Source: Octopus sinensis (lineage: Eukaryota). From it: 64,000 nucleotides of DNA. Positions 50,613-64,000 of this stretch are shown piece after piece (within the stretch, counting starts at the first letter, position 1; every line of letters begins with the position of its first letter). The position numbers were made by a program, and so were the translations under genes. The stretch lies in NCBI RefSeq assembly GCF_006345805.1, contig NW_021832275.1, forward strand, positions 8,556 through 72,555, given 5' to 3'. The notes below the pieces were generated by a model. It saw nothing but the letters and a program-made list of their open reading frames with translations. It did no database searches and was not told the origin of the DNA.

Positions 50613-52142
50613 GTAAGTTTTAAGCTAACATTTTTCTTTGTATTAATATGAAAGGAAAAGATTTCAATTTATTAGTTCTAAGGTATTTATGGATTATATT
50701 TGTTTGGAAGTAACTGGCTGTTTACTGTATGGATATATTTTATTGTTTGGAAAAATGGAAAGTATTAAAAATGAAGGCAAAGTTTTTATCTGTCTGAACT
50801 TTCAAAACCAGACAAAGCAATGTTAAAAGTCAGTTACCGCAGGCTATTGAATCATTTACACAAGTGAAATATCTGCTAACTGAAACCAAAATGCTTGTTC
50901 ATTTTCCCCCAATTTCCCACTTGTCTTGTAGCTTTAACAAGTGTTCTCTTTTTGAAATTTCTTACTTTGACTTTATTTTACTACCCTATGAAAATATTTA
51001 ATGAAGCAAAATAACTAAGAATGCAGCAACTGACAACTTGTTTTACCTCTAGATCAGTACACATATTTGCCACCCAAAGAATAGATTATGTTAGATAAGC
51101 AGTAGACTAGAGATTGTCTAAGCTAACAAGTCAGACAATAAATTTCTCTTACAGTCAATGAAAGTACCATTTTATATGATGCCTTGAAAGGCTTTCATGT
51201 TTTCACGGAACCTGAATCAATGTACAGTTTGACATCTAATCTTCATTACACCTTGAAGCTTGTCATTGTCTGAACAAAGATGTAAGAGTGTGGTCATAAA
51301 TCTTTCTGTTATGCTAACAATCAAAACTGAAAACACAATGTACAGCTCCACTATGAACCTTCCACATCGATTTTTTTAATACCTAAATTGGAAAACAGGC
51401 TCTGGCTATAATCTCTGTGATATGATTGGTGTGGGTTACATTTAGCTTGAACATCTGCAGGGTAACACCTATAGGGAAAATATGAGTGAGACAGGAATTC
51501 CATGAGGTTGATGTTCCATCAAGGAAGGATTGGGTGAAAGCCTGAGACAGGTGCTATAGCTGGAGATGGTATGCAATTACATAATTTAGAAGAGCAGAAA
51601 TCATTCTAGTTGTAATAGAATAGGTAGAGTGAGGAGTCAGTAAGTCCGTAAGTTAGGGATTGTAGTGAGTTAGGAAGGAGTCTTTGTCAATGAGTTGGAT
51701 GACTTTCTTTTCAATACTGTTTAGGGTGATTGAATATGTATCAGCAGCACCATCATAGTGTTACTAGTACACATATAAGAGCACTTAAGTATATGAGGTC
51801 ATATAGAAAGACCATAAGAGCTTGCAATGTCTAAAATTTGAGCAACCTTGATGGTTTTAATTGCATATTGTTGAAGACAGACAGTTAGTGTGAGTGTGTG
51901 TGTTACAAGATTATTTCCTTGATGTAAGCAATTCGATTGCCATGACTCACTTATTGTAGCAGTATAGGTTTGTTGTTGGGTAAACAGGTTGCTGTTTTGT
52001 TATTTAGTCTCAGTGAAACTCTGCTCAAGAAGTCAATGATCTCATTTGTTTGAATTTCAATGACTATTAGTATGTCAGTGATTCAATGTCTCATCTATTT
52101 AATGTGGTAGGGTGTGATTTTGAGAGATATTTGGCTGTTGCA

Positions 52143-52408
52143 CATATGGCGTAGTGGTTAAAAACACGGGCTACTAACCCCAAGATTCTGAGTTCGATTC
52201 CAAGCAGTGACCTGAACACTGACAATCATCATCATCATCAATAATAATAATAATAATAACATCGTAAAATACCTTAGGAATGAGAACCCAGGTTTGAAAT
52301 TTCCCCAAGACACCTGAAGAAGGCTGGAGGGTATATCAGCCAAAACGTTGTGTCAGCAACAAACAAGATGAGGACAAATATCCGTCGAATGTAAATAATG
52401 TAAATAAA
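52143..52408 (+). mobile_element. tRNA-headed SINE-like element with an HHR-bearing 3' module, in the last MEGF8 intron
   Basis: A-box TGGCGTAGTGG (52147-57), B-box GTTCGATTC (52192-200), (ATC)n(ATA)n spacer, HHR at 52309, AATGTAAAT x2 end. Confidence 0.75.
52309..52354 (+). ncRNA. Minimal HHR with G12->A substitution (probably inactive)
   Basis: GACAC-CTGAAGA-A-GGCTG-GAGGGTATAT-CAGCC-AAAACGTT^GTGTC. Confidence 0.6.
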
Positions 52409-52537
52409 GCAAGAAACAATGTTTTATTTAATTTTATCTGTAATATTTACTTTCAATGCTATAAGATCTTCATTTTGTAAAATACAATATCATTTCCTTC
52501 CAAATAAATGTTATCATAAATATTTCTTTCTGTTTAG

Positions 52538-53409
52538 GAGTTGATGTCTACTTCTCACCTGATGATAAGACATTTGTTGTGGACCTTAACCGTGAAACAT
52601 GGTTCCATGAAGTGAAACTTGATAAAAGTCTCAAATTTCAAGCTATGTACCACGAATACATGCAATATACTCGGAATGATGTAAACTATTACTTAAGGAA
52701 AGAAGTTGCAAAAGATACCAACAAATTTATAACACTTGAACAAGCAAATACTACACTCAATGTAACTGATGTACGTTTTCGGCTTGTCATTACACTGCCT
52801 TTAGATGTACATGATTTGGAGAAATCTCAGTTTTACATAATTATTTATGGTCGTGGTGATATAAACAGTAATACCACTTACGGAAAGTTATTTTTCCGTC
52901 AAGACCAGCCCCATATTGACTTATTTGTATTTTTCAGTGTATTTTTCTCCTGCTTTTTCCTTTTTTTGGCAATTTGTGTTTTAATATGGAAAATAAAACA
53001 AACAGTCGATGCTCAACGCAGTCGGCAGCAACGAGCACGTGAAATGCAACACATGGCATCCAGACCATTTGCAGGTGTTTTGGTTTTGGTTGATCATGAT
53101 GTTGTTTTATCAAATCCAACCACACGAAAACTCAGAGTCAATAAACCAACAGCACGCAGTCCTCAATGCCCTGAGGTTAATTTGATGCACCAATGTTTAC
53201 GTGAAGACCACTTCAGTATCTCACCAATTGCAATAGAGCCAACTGAAGATGGTATAGCTTCTGTAGCAACAGTAGTGTTTCAGCTACCCGGGGGTGGAAG
53301 TACAGCTTCTAAAGTGTGTCTGGGCTCTGCCTTGACTATGCGTATGTGTCCTGGAACTGCAAATTTAAGAATGACAATGCGCCGCCGTCCTAGCTCATCT
53401 CTTGCTTGA
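52538..53409 (+). CDS. MEGF8: MEGF8 terminal coding exon (TM domain plus cytoplasmic tail)
   Basis: tttag|GA phase-1 join in frame; FFRQDQPHIDLFVFFSVFFSCFFLFL, MASRPFA, EPTEDG, QLPGG, CLGSAL; TGA at 53407-53409. Confidence 0.93.
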
Positions 53410-54067
53410 TCTTGATCACAACATCTGTTACTGTCAGGTGAAACATTTCCATTACAGAAACTGAGTTTGAAGTCCAACAGAAAGCATGAAAAGAAAAACA
53501 CACACAGTAAAATGTAAAGTAAGAAAGAGATATTTCTCAGGTGTTGGGACAAGAAAGCAAATTAACTTTCAAAGATCATTGTATTTAATGGGACTAGCCA
53601 CATTAATTTATGAATTTCTCTTTTCTTTTTCATTGTACAAATTAATGCAATCTCAATTGGTGTGACTACTGGCCAGTATTAACTGAAAGTAAGTGATTAT
53701 TCTGTTCACTGTGTGAAGGTTGAACTGCCAAGCTGTTTGCTGACTTTTTCTAACAGCCTCCATTAAACATTTGCTGATCATCATTATCATATTGGTATTT
53801 TGTTTTTAAAAGCAGTATGGTAACTAGACAAATAGAGAAATAAAACATTCTGCCAAATCCATTACAAAAGACATTGAATAATGCCTTGGAATTTGAAATA
53901 TAAAACCTTCAAAACCAAAACAACCAAAATTTCTTCCTACATCACTTTTGTGTACCATGTCATTATTTCTGTATATTATTTATTGCCTTTATTTTAATTC
54001 TACTACATTTTTATTGCAGTCAAGATTGTGGAAGTATTTTCTTTGGAAATGTTATTAGTTATTGAGT

Positions 54068-54101
<34 letters not shown>

Positions 54102-55779
54102 TGGCAGGGTGAAAGAGATGGAATGAGAAAGAGAGAATACATGTGTAAAGAGACACATTTTGAAAACACTTGGAAATGAAACAAAACAGACTGGAAAACT
54201 GACTTCAAAAGAATTCCTGAAACAAAATATGGAAATAAAAAGGAAAAATGAAATAAAATGAAATTTGGTAAAATATCTGGAAATCTGAAATATAAAGAAA
54301 ATATTTTCTAACCCTTGAACTGTGGAATTTATCATGAATATAATTTTTTGTGGAAAATTTTGGTATCCGTATCTGATATTTTATCTAATTAAATGATAAT
54401 TATCAATGAGATTTAAACATTTTTCAGATTAATAGATTAATTTCATTTTATAGGCAATATCACCTTTATTTCAAATCTTGTACGGATATTTGTCTTTAGT
54501 GCAAGGGTTGTATTTTGACTGTATATACATATAGCTTTGAAAATATTTCAGCATTCCCTTAGATTTTGATTATTGCTGCTTATAAACAGTTTTTATAAGT
54601 GTACATGCACATATTTCATTTCACACACATACATTCACACATAAATTTCATCAATATGTATTGGTATTTTACTTATGTGTCTTTCAAAACTAATAAAAAT
54701 ATAGATTTAATATTTTTATGTCTGCCTGCTATTGATTTTTTTTTTTTATGGGATTATTTATAAAAACATTTACATTGAAAGGTAATATACCTAAACTTCA
54801 GCAAAAAGTATTCTTAAATGATCCTGAAAAGGTTTTGAATGTATACTTATCAGATTTGTTTAAAGACAAAGAATTTTTTAATGTAATTTTTTATGTAATT
54901 TATTTACGATTTAATGCAGAATATAAAATATAAAATTTCATAAATCATAAACTAGCTTTTCTAGTATACTGCGTTTTGAGATGTACATTTCATTGTTTAA
55001 CATTCATGCATAATTTATTAATATTTTTGAATACTTGCAAAAAATTAGGTTTTGTTACTTTTCAGACATCAGATCTTTCACTTCTGGTTCTACTGAAGCC
55101 ATAGAAATACCAACTGATCAATTTTTAAAAAGTGGAATAATAAAAAAGAGGTTCAACATGTTTTTATCTAGCACTTCAGCCAGTATTGATTAAGAAAGGC
55201 CATTTATATACATTTATAACTTTAGTTGTTTGTTAGTGTAGAACATATAATTGATAATTTTTGTTATTTTGGATATGTGGATGGATATCTTATTGATGTA
55301 AGAGAAGGGCAGAGAACTGTATTTGATATATTGAGACTTGTAATATACATTATATTTTACGTAACTTGCAACATTATTTTGATATTTGTTTCTCTGAATC
55401 TGAGTTCAGTCGCAATTACAATGAAAGCAAAACTACCAACCAGTGCCTTTAATATTTTTTTTAAATAGAGCTGCAGGCAATATTACACATTATACACTCA
55501 TATTAACAAAATAGAAATGGGATATCAAAGTAAGAAAATGTATTTGCTGATTAATTAGAAACTACTAGGGTCTCCATTGGTAAGGCTTATCATGTATCTG
55601 CACTTATTTTCACTGGCCTGACGAAGACTAATAGTTGCCTATTCGTGTAAGTTTCCTCTATCCATTCCAACAGTGCTGTTGAAGGAAAAGACTTTTTTTA
55701 AAGATTAATACACCTTGGCACAGGTGTCATCACAAGCATTGCTGACAAGAGGCAAAAATTCAATATACATACTGCAAAG

Positions 55780-55960
55780 CATTTTATTTGATCCTCAATT
55801 AGTTCTACCAATCCACTGTTTTGTATTGGTACTTTTTTATGAACCTCAAAAGGATGAAAGGCAAAATTGATCTTGGCAAGATTTGAACTCAAAGCACAGA
55901 GAATCAAAATAATATCATATGGCATTCTAGCCAGTGCTCTAACAAATCCAGTTTACCACC
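55780..55960 (-). mobile_element. Old SINE remnant
   Basis: AAAGGATGAAAGGCAAAATTGA...ATTTGAACTCA (tRNA B-box on the minus strand). Confidence 0.5.
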
Positions 55961-57269
55961 TTTAGTTAGATGCAATTTCTCATTAGTAATGTTTATTTAA
56001 AAGAATCATGAACAATGTATGTTCTCTTCATTTGATTTTACTACAGTTTGAAAAAATGGAATATATGCTTTAAGAATATTAGATTTTGATTATTGCTATT
56101 TATATACAACTTTTATAAGTGTTCATGCTCATATTTCATTTTAAAATCAATTTTTTGCCAAGAACAAATCTTTTATTACTACTTTTATTCATTATATATT
56201 CCATATTCAATTATTTAGGTAGACAATAGAACAGATAACGAAAATATGAAATGCTTCAAAACACCAATGTTCTACATTTCTATTGGCAAGCATTTTTAAA
56301 TATATAATTATATTTATTGATCCCTTTCATTAATATATTTCCTCATAAATTTCCTTTGCAACAGTTTATTATTTTTTTCTAAAATAACTTTCAACCAGTT
56401 TATATGTTGAACTGTTTGTTTTTGTTTTGTTAATGATATTTTAGAATCATTTCAAGAGTGAAAGACAATCTCTATCTTAATATTCTAAAATCAATGGTTA
56501 CATTTTTGCTGATCCATAAACAAAGGGTGGGGGAGAGAGAAAGAGCAGTGCTAACAACAATCATTATTGGCATGGTCATCATTTTTCATATATGGTGTAA
56601 ATAAATTTGGCTGTCAACTTTGATGAATTTCCTCACTTTTTTCTTCTTTTTTAAAATTTTTCCTTGAGGCAGTTTCAATTAGCTTTCAAATACATTGTTG
56701 TAGGTTATTTTTTACCTGAGATATTGGTGTAAATTTATTAAAGAGAAAATACTTGGATAGAAATTTAGATAAATTGTTTAGTAAAGATACTCATTCCATG
56801 TTATCTAAAGCAAAAATTCTTTTATGATTCATAAATTTTTTAAATGCTTTAGGAATTAACATGTTGAAAGTTAATTCAATATTGAATTACAAACTGCATA
56901 CTCATTACTTCAAAAGGAAGAATCTTATTTTAACATTGACTTTTTCCATGCTAAAATTTGTGAAATTAGACTTATTAAGGTAGTATTCTATACAGAGATA
57001 CTTCTATAGTTGCCAACCTTCACTTATTTCCATGTAAAGTACTTATTCTGATCTTTTGAATGATACAATGGCCCAGCTTGTTTTAGAAGCAAACGTAAAG
57101 GATGACAGTGCCTAATATGTTAAAGTTTTTACACAATGTAATGTCAAGACATGGGAAGCTGTGCATGTGACTGTGCACATGCACACACGCATACAAACAA
57201 ATGCATAAACATGCACACATGAACATGTGTGCACACACAGATGCATACTGTCACACGGACATATACACA

Positions 57270-57415
57270 CAACGGTCTTCTTTCAGTTTTCAACTATCAC
57301 ATTCATTCACAAGGCTTTGGTTGGCCCGATACTTTCCCAAGGAGCCACACAGTGGAACTGAACTCAGAACCATGTGGTTGGGAAACAAGCTTTTTACTAC
57401 ACAGTCATGCTTTGC
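57270..57415 (-). mobile_element. SINE head fragment (family of 16851-17258)
   Basis: CACAAGGCTTTGG...CAGTGGAACTGAACTCAGAACCATGTGGTTGG. Confidence 0.6.
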
Positions 57416-57416
57416 C

Positions 57417-57464
<48 letters not shown>

Positions 57465-58575
57465 GCATGTATGAATGTATACATACAATAGAACTCCATA
57501 AACTAGAAACCCCCAAGCGAGTATACATGAACAAGAACTAGAATTTCAATGAACTTAGAATCAAGAGAACACCACAAGATACAGAAGGCTCACAGTCAAC
57601 AAGCACAACAAACATATATACATCTGTCATCAGGTGCCTAATGGATATCGTTGTAGTTTTGACCCCTAGGCAGTATCTTTCAATCCAGTAATGACAATGG
57701 TATTAAAAACATAAACATAATCTGAGAATTAACAGACAAGAAGCAGGAGCAAAACATTAGAACATTATGTCTATTTGTTACAAATCTACTTGTTACAAAT
57801 ACAAATATCAAATCTCTATAAAGCACAGAAATTAAATATTTGATAGAAAGCAAAGAACTTTCCTCACAATAGACATTGCCACCTCAAGAACTTTAGAACT
57901 TAAAACAGAACATTAAAACAAGCTAGCAAATTAAACATACTGAACATAGTAAAAAACCAATGTTGCCAGTGCTAAAAATGGAAAATAATAATGACCTAAG
58001 GAATAATCTGCTTAGAAGTGTAAACATATAAATTAATTAAAAAACATAAGACACTAGAAATTGCTTCTCATCCATTTATAATATATCTGAGACAATTAAA
58101 ACAAAACAAATGCAAATTAGAGTAACATATCCCTATAACTGTCAGGCTCCAGTCTGTCTTAAAGAAGTCCAACATAGGAATAACCTATTGTAGACCAAGA
58201 CCTTAAGTACAGAAAATATATTCAAATGAATAGTTTATCTAGAAACATAATATGAAAAAGGCAATCTTTATATCCATCTTAACAAGGATGCTTTGTTAGA
58301 ACACCAAATACTGCGTTATATATCTTGAGAGGTCCTTTTATTTGGATGCATAAAGCATAAAAGCACTCATATTTATATCATTGGCAGATGAAAATTGTCT
58401 CCTATAGGTATCGGAACTGCCAAATCAGGTGATTTCAACCTGCCCAGTCTTTTCAGTGGTAGATGTCCAGTAGTGGTATAATAGTTGACTATCACTGTCA
58501 ACGATATATAGAATTTCAGTGCCTTTTCAGGCTCTGATGTTGCAAATAGCCAGCAGGCTTATTTAAAAAATAATC

Positions 58576-58840
58576 ATTAGCAATAGAGGCAGTATTAATA
58601 CTAAAATGCAATCGTTATATCCAATTTAATATGGATGTTTTGTTAGAACACTGAATATTATGTTACCTTGAGAGTGCCTCTCATATGGACGCATGGTGCA
58701 TAAAAACATATTTAAATCATTGGCCCATATAAGTCCTCTCAAGGTAAATAATGCAGTATTTGGAATTTTAACAAAATATGACATTAAGTTGGATATAATG
58801 ATTGTGTTCTGGTATTAATACAGCTTCTGTCGCTATTAAT
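58576..58840. repeat. Imperfect ~100-bp-arm inverted repeat (MITE/fold-back)
   Basis: GCAGTATTAATAC...TTATATCCAA...CTTGAGAG vs CTCTCAAG...TTGGATATAA...GTATTAATAC. Confidence 0.55.
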
Positions 58841-59087
58841 TATTATATAATATAAAATTGACTAAAACACCCAAATTGTAGTGTAAAATACTAATACTTA
58901 AAATAAGCTAAATGTAAATCATCGGAATAACATTTTAACTATCATGCCTACGTTGAAATAAATCAATGTTGACCTACAACTATTATGGTTTTAGGTGAAA
59001 ATATTTGTTTAAATATTTTTTCTAGAATTATAGAAAAAACATGATATAAAATTTACTAAAACAGACAAGTTATAACAAAGCTATTCT

Positions 59088-59569
59088 GGCTGGTGTTTCT
59101 AGTACATCCCACGACCACCTGGTACCTTCCTCATTTCTTTGTCACTCTGGTATGTATTGATGTTTGTCAATATCATTTTCCCATAGACACATTTATGTTA
59201 TTAAAATTAATTTTTTTAATTTATGACTTTTTCAACAATTGTCTCTGTTTATAATTTAAATATATTGGAGTTTGAGAAGATCATTGCTGAGATTTATCCA
59301 CAGTGATTTAAAAGAGATATATAAAAGAAGATTTACTTTAATAGCATACTTTTCTGTTAGTAACTGTCTTTTCTTACCCGGACACATACACCTCACTTGA
59401 TTCAGGGGTGAATTAAAAAATTTTAATTACAATGCTTTTTTCTGTTACTCCTGCTTCATCATTCCATAAAATGTGTTTATGGAGAGAAAAATATGGTAAA
59501 ACATCAATATATGTCAGAGTGACAAAGAAATGAGGAAGGTGGTAGTGGAATGTGCTAGAAACAACAGCC
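59088..59569. repeat. Imperfect ~110-bp-arm inverted repeat (MITE-like)
   Basis: CCTTCCTCATTTCTTTGTCACTCTG / CAGAGTGACAAAGAAATGAGGAAGG. Confidence 0.65.
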
Positions 59570-60017
59570 AAATCTCACTTAAATCATCCACCTTTCCATC
59601 TGGAAATATTTACAATTTGCTGAAAAGAATTTACCCATAGTTTTTAAGTGTGCAGTGCAAAAAAACCTTGTCAAAATCGGTTTTTCCTGGTGGGGTAAAA
59701 AAAAATCAAATTTTCAAAACTTTTTTCATTAAAAGATGTTCTCCAACCCTATCATTTCGAAGGCCATGGTAAAACGAATTGGAAAAATTTATCAAAACAG
59801 ATAAAAACCAACTTAAACGGGTGTCCTGATCTGAAACTCTGGCCAAAAATTTATTAAATTTATTAAAACTTAGCTTTATTTTCATGGTTCGCATTTTCCC
59901 CTGTGCTTCATGAGACAATGAGCAGGAATCACTCCCCCCACCTACCTATGTATGCATATGTAAGAGTGTATTTGAAACTCCAACAAAATCTTATTTTGAA
60001 AACAAGAGTTTAATATT

Positions 60018-60470
60018 GAGGGAGGGATAGCCTCAGCTATCTATACATGTTGAAACCATAGATGATTTAACAAAAAACATCTATAATACACCTTTATACG
60101 AATACAAGCTGTCAGTGGTTGAGACGAATAAAACAATTTTTTTTCAAAATTATTGTGAGTTAATAGATTTTGGTTAAACTTGTAAATTAAATATATCAAT
60201 TTAAAAAAAAATAATTTAATTTAAATTATCAAGTGTACCTTCCTCGGCACTATCACTCCATATTTACAAAGAAACATGAATAATTTTTTTAAAATACTAC
60301 CTTGATAATTTAAATTAAATTAAAAATTGATTTATTTCATTTACAAGTTAAACCCAAAACTATAGTACACTGGCAGCTTGTATTTGTATCAAGGTGAATT
60401 ATAGATGTTTTTCCTTGAATCATCTATGTTTTTCAACATGCATGGAAATAGCCGAGGCTATCCCTCCCTC
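60018..60470. repeat. ~450-bp imperfect fold-back palindrome (MITE-like)
   Basis: GAGGGAGGGATAGCCTC / GAGGCTATCCCTCCCTC, with pairing continuing inward to ~60240/60300. Confidence 0.7.
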
Positions 60471-60555
60471 TGTTTATTTTTGTACATTTTATTTTGCTGC
60501 CAGGCAGAATCATGTTGAAATCTGATAAGGAAGCTTAACTTACTTTCACTCTTGT

Positions 60556-60611
<56 letters not shown>

Positions 60612-60686
60612 CATGTGTGTGTGTGTGTGTATATAAAAATAATATGGGTGGCTAATTTGCAATTTTACAACCTAAAGGCAAAAATA

Positions 60687-61519
60687 TTGGGTCATCCCAT
60701 AAATAATGCGGTTGTTTCAATTGCATGAACTAAAAGTCAGAGGGAGACGGGGTAAACTACCTGCATAAACTTGCTATAAAATTAGGTAGTAATTTTACCT
60801 TGTTACTTATTATTATTGTAGGTTTTGAAGAGTGCAGTTCGATTTTAACAGTTATTTTTTCAAAGCTACAATGGAAGTGACAAAGGAGCATATTCAGCAT
60901 ATTTTGCTTTATGAGTTCAATAAAGACAACAATGCAAAAGAAAGTGTGAGGAATATTAACGCAGTATATAGGGATCAGACAATAAGCGTAAGCTAGTGTC
61001 AATGGTGGTTCCAGAAATTCTGAACTGGAAGCTACAACCTATAAAACAAGCCTCATCCTAGAGGATCTGTAGAGCTAGACAATGACATCCTGGTGGAACA
61101 AAATCCCATCGTAATTGTTGAGGAACTTGTAGAAGAGCTTGGATTTGGTCATTCAACACCTGCATGCTATCAGAAATGTCAGCAAATTAGGTCACTGGGT
61201 TCCTCACATACTTTCTGAGTCTAATCACGCACAGAGAGTGAATGTGTGCTCTTGTTAACTGTCATATCTCACGAATTAACCTTTTTGGGATCAAATAGTA
61301 ACTGGTGACAAGAAATGGGTTCTCTATAATATGAATTCTGTAGACGAGGTCAGAATAGTAATGGAGGAGTATTTTTCATTACGGACAAACCTACTATATA
61401 GAAGTGCAATGTAGAAAATGAAGGAGAGTACATTTTAGATTAAAATAGAACTTTGTTTATTTGAATTTAGAAAAATAAAAGAAGTATACAAAAACCGCAT
61501 TATTTATAGGATGACCCAA
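60687..61519 (+). mobile_element. Internally deleted mariner with TIRs and TA target-site duplication
   Basis: TA-TTGGGTCATCCCATAAATAATGCGGTT ... AACCGCATTATTTATAGGATGACCCAA-TA (1 mismatch); WVPH and VTGDKKW motifs. Confidence 0.88.
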
Positions 61520-61808
61520 TATATATATATATACAAACACACACATATATACAGATTTGGTAAAGATTTTATAACTGAAGCAGATCTCATGATATAGCTT
61601 CAAATAAATCTTGATAGTTTTTATTACTATACCCATTATGATACCTGTTGACTCCCTCAGGCCACTTCCTAACAGGCATTGCTCCTTGCTCTTATAATTA
61701 TATATATATATATATATTTATATATTTATATACATATATATATATATTATATATATATATATATATTTATATACATATATATATATATTTATATATATAA
61801 TATATATA

Positions 61809-61845
<37 letters not shown>

Positions 61846-61989
61846 TATATATATTTATATATATATATATTTATATATATATATATTTATATATATATTT
61901 TTACATATATATATATTTATATATATATATATATTTACATATATATATATATATTACATATATATATATATTTATATTTATATATATTT

Positions 61990-63175
61990 TTCCACACATA
62001 CACATACACACCTGTGCACACACACACATGTGCACAAACGCACACACATGCACGCACAGGAATGCGGATACCTATCCCACACATCCCCACGCGCACACAG
62101 ACACATACCTTTATACACACGCACATACATATGCACATAATACTCGCATACACACATATACACGTACATGCACACACACTAGCACAGGTTCACACATATA
62201 CCTCCAACACACAATATACATACAGATACGCACACAATTATACACATATGGGCACAAACACACACGCACGTAAGCACACAAGCACACGCACGCACATACA
62301 CACAGGTATGCACATATACGCCTATACAAACTCCACACAAAACGTCACACACAACCCACGTACACACGCATACACAAATTCACATATACATACATACATA
62401 CACATACACACACAATATATGCATACACGCACACATACGCATACACATAGACACATACACGCACACACATACGCACACGAATGCACACATACCTTACTCA
62501 CAACCCAACGCATACACGTATATACACCCACACACACGCACACATATTCGCACACACAACTACACGCACATACACATGTACAAGCACACACGCACATGCA
62601 TACACGTGCAAAAAACACATTTATTCCCCTACGCAACCCCTCATTCAGACACATGCACACACACATACACATGTACACACGCACATACACTCACATGCAC
62701 ACACGTATATGATTATGTGTATGTCTATGTATGTGTGCTGTGTGTATAAAAAAACGCACTTATATCCACTATACAACCCCTCATTCAGACACACGCACAC
62801 ATACACAAAGTAAAGTACAGCTATTCCCCACGCATACAAGCCCTACGTATACACACGAGCACACATACATACACACGCACACACATATACACACAAGCAC
62901 ACGCAACTGAACCCACACATGCCTCCCATACACACAGCACACACTCATACATACACACAATCATACATGTACACATACGCACATACAAGCACACACGCAC
63001 TCATACACAAAGTAAAGTACAGTCACTCCCCATACACACAAGCCCTACGCATACACACATACACACACGAACACACACACACTGCAAACAAAACATACAC
63101 ACTACATATACATACATGCAGACACGCATACATCAAACTATCAGCACCTTCTTCTGACCATTCTCTTACGCACAT
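61990..63175. repeat. CA-rich compound low-complexity repeat
   Basis: direct reading; internal repeats CAACCCCTCATTCAGACAC and CAAAGTAAAGTACAG. Confidence 0.8.
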
Positions 63176-63179
63176 GTCT

Positions 63180-63990
63180 AGGTAGACACACAACAGTAGC
63201 CACTCCTACCAAAATTACTATAAATTCTTTCTACAACCTTAAGGGATACTAAGCCCAACCACACACAGATAAGCAGGCGTTTCAGCACCCAGTCATAGTG
63301 TTGTAGGAGCTGAGTTAAACAGCTTCTCCCTGGTCGGAAACCATGTTGGGTGTCAGGCAGCAAGTCATTCTCTTCAAGGAAGGTGATCAGCTTCCTTCTG
63401 ACTATTCGTTCCATGACCTTGCTGATGTGTGAGGTCAGAGAGATAGGTCTATACTTCTTGGCTTCCGCTCTGCTACCTCCTTTATGAATGGGGCATATTT
63501 TACCTTCCTTCAGTTTTCTTGGAAGTTTGCCAGCTGCAAGGAAGCTCTGAAAGAGGAACTGCAGTGGTCTTGCTAGGACTCTCTTACATGCTTTTAGGAA
63601 GATTGCCGGGAATCCATCGGGGCCAGTAGCTGAGTCTGTTTTCATTTCATCTATAGCCTTGATTACATCGTCTTCCTTTATATCGATGTAATCTATCGTC
63701 GCCGCCTCTGATTTTATATCTGCAGTGGTAAAAAAGTCAGTTGGATTGGTGATTTGGAGATGGCCAAGGGGTGGAGTGAAAACACTCTTGAATTGCTCAT
63801 TCAGTATTTCACTTACCCTCATTGGTTTTCCTGTAAGTGTGCCATCCTTTTCGAGGAGTGGTCCTACTCTACAGTGCACCGTAGCTGTTTCTTTGGCATA
63901 CCTGTAGAAAGCTCTGGGGTGAGATTTTATGTTGTCTATAGCCCAGGCTTCTTTGTCTGCTCTTTCCTTTTCATGGGAGAGTTGCAGACA
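63180..63990 (-). mobile_element. CR1-group LINE RT fragment
   Basis: ORF 63178-63879: GPDG, YRPISLTS, QHGFRPGRSCLTQL. Confidence 0.85.
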
Positions 63991-64000
63991 TTATATATAT

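Noticed and set aside
51430-52130. Possible old LINE remnant on the minus strand in the last MEGF8 intron
   Set aside because: Only a faint WNS-like motif in hand translation; too degenerate to call.
50486-53245. CTGATGA/CTGAAGA strings in MEGF8 exons (and in RT/Helitron coding regions)
   Set aside because: They are explained by codons (PDD, TED), and no downstream stem II-GAAA is present.
55557-55650. GAAAC...GTC...CTGACGA as a type II hammerhead
   Set aside because: Stems I and II do not pair next to the core.
57540-57640. Minus-strand CTGATGA...GAAA as a hammerhead
   Set aside because: No stem II base pair and no valid stem III/NUH site.

Overview
AT-rich, repeat-saturated eukaryotic DNA, most likely octopus (inferred from the SINE/RTE repeat types, the long (TA)n arrays and a mollusc-like MEGF8). 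The only host coding sequence I can support is the last two coding exons of MEGF8 (+, 50393-50612 and 52538-53409). The rest is (TA)n/(TG)n microsatellite carrying stacked retroelements (Penelope-like, RTE, CR1-group LINEs, tRNA-derived SINEs), a degenerate OTU-domain Helitron, two mariner remnants and fold-back repeats. The main signal missed by the ORF track is RNA-level: I read 12 type-I hammerhead-ribozyme (HHR) motifs in about 8 sequence contexts. The best example is a 3.1-copy tandem array of a ~605-bp non-coding unit (5351-7217, minus strand). It has one HHR per unit with an unusually long (~83-nt) stem II, giving a retrozyme-like architecture next to a near-full-length Penelope element. 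All folds and alignments were done by eye, and no ribozyme activity has been shown. Most long Y/I/C/H-rich ORFs in the track are microsatellite artefacts.
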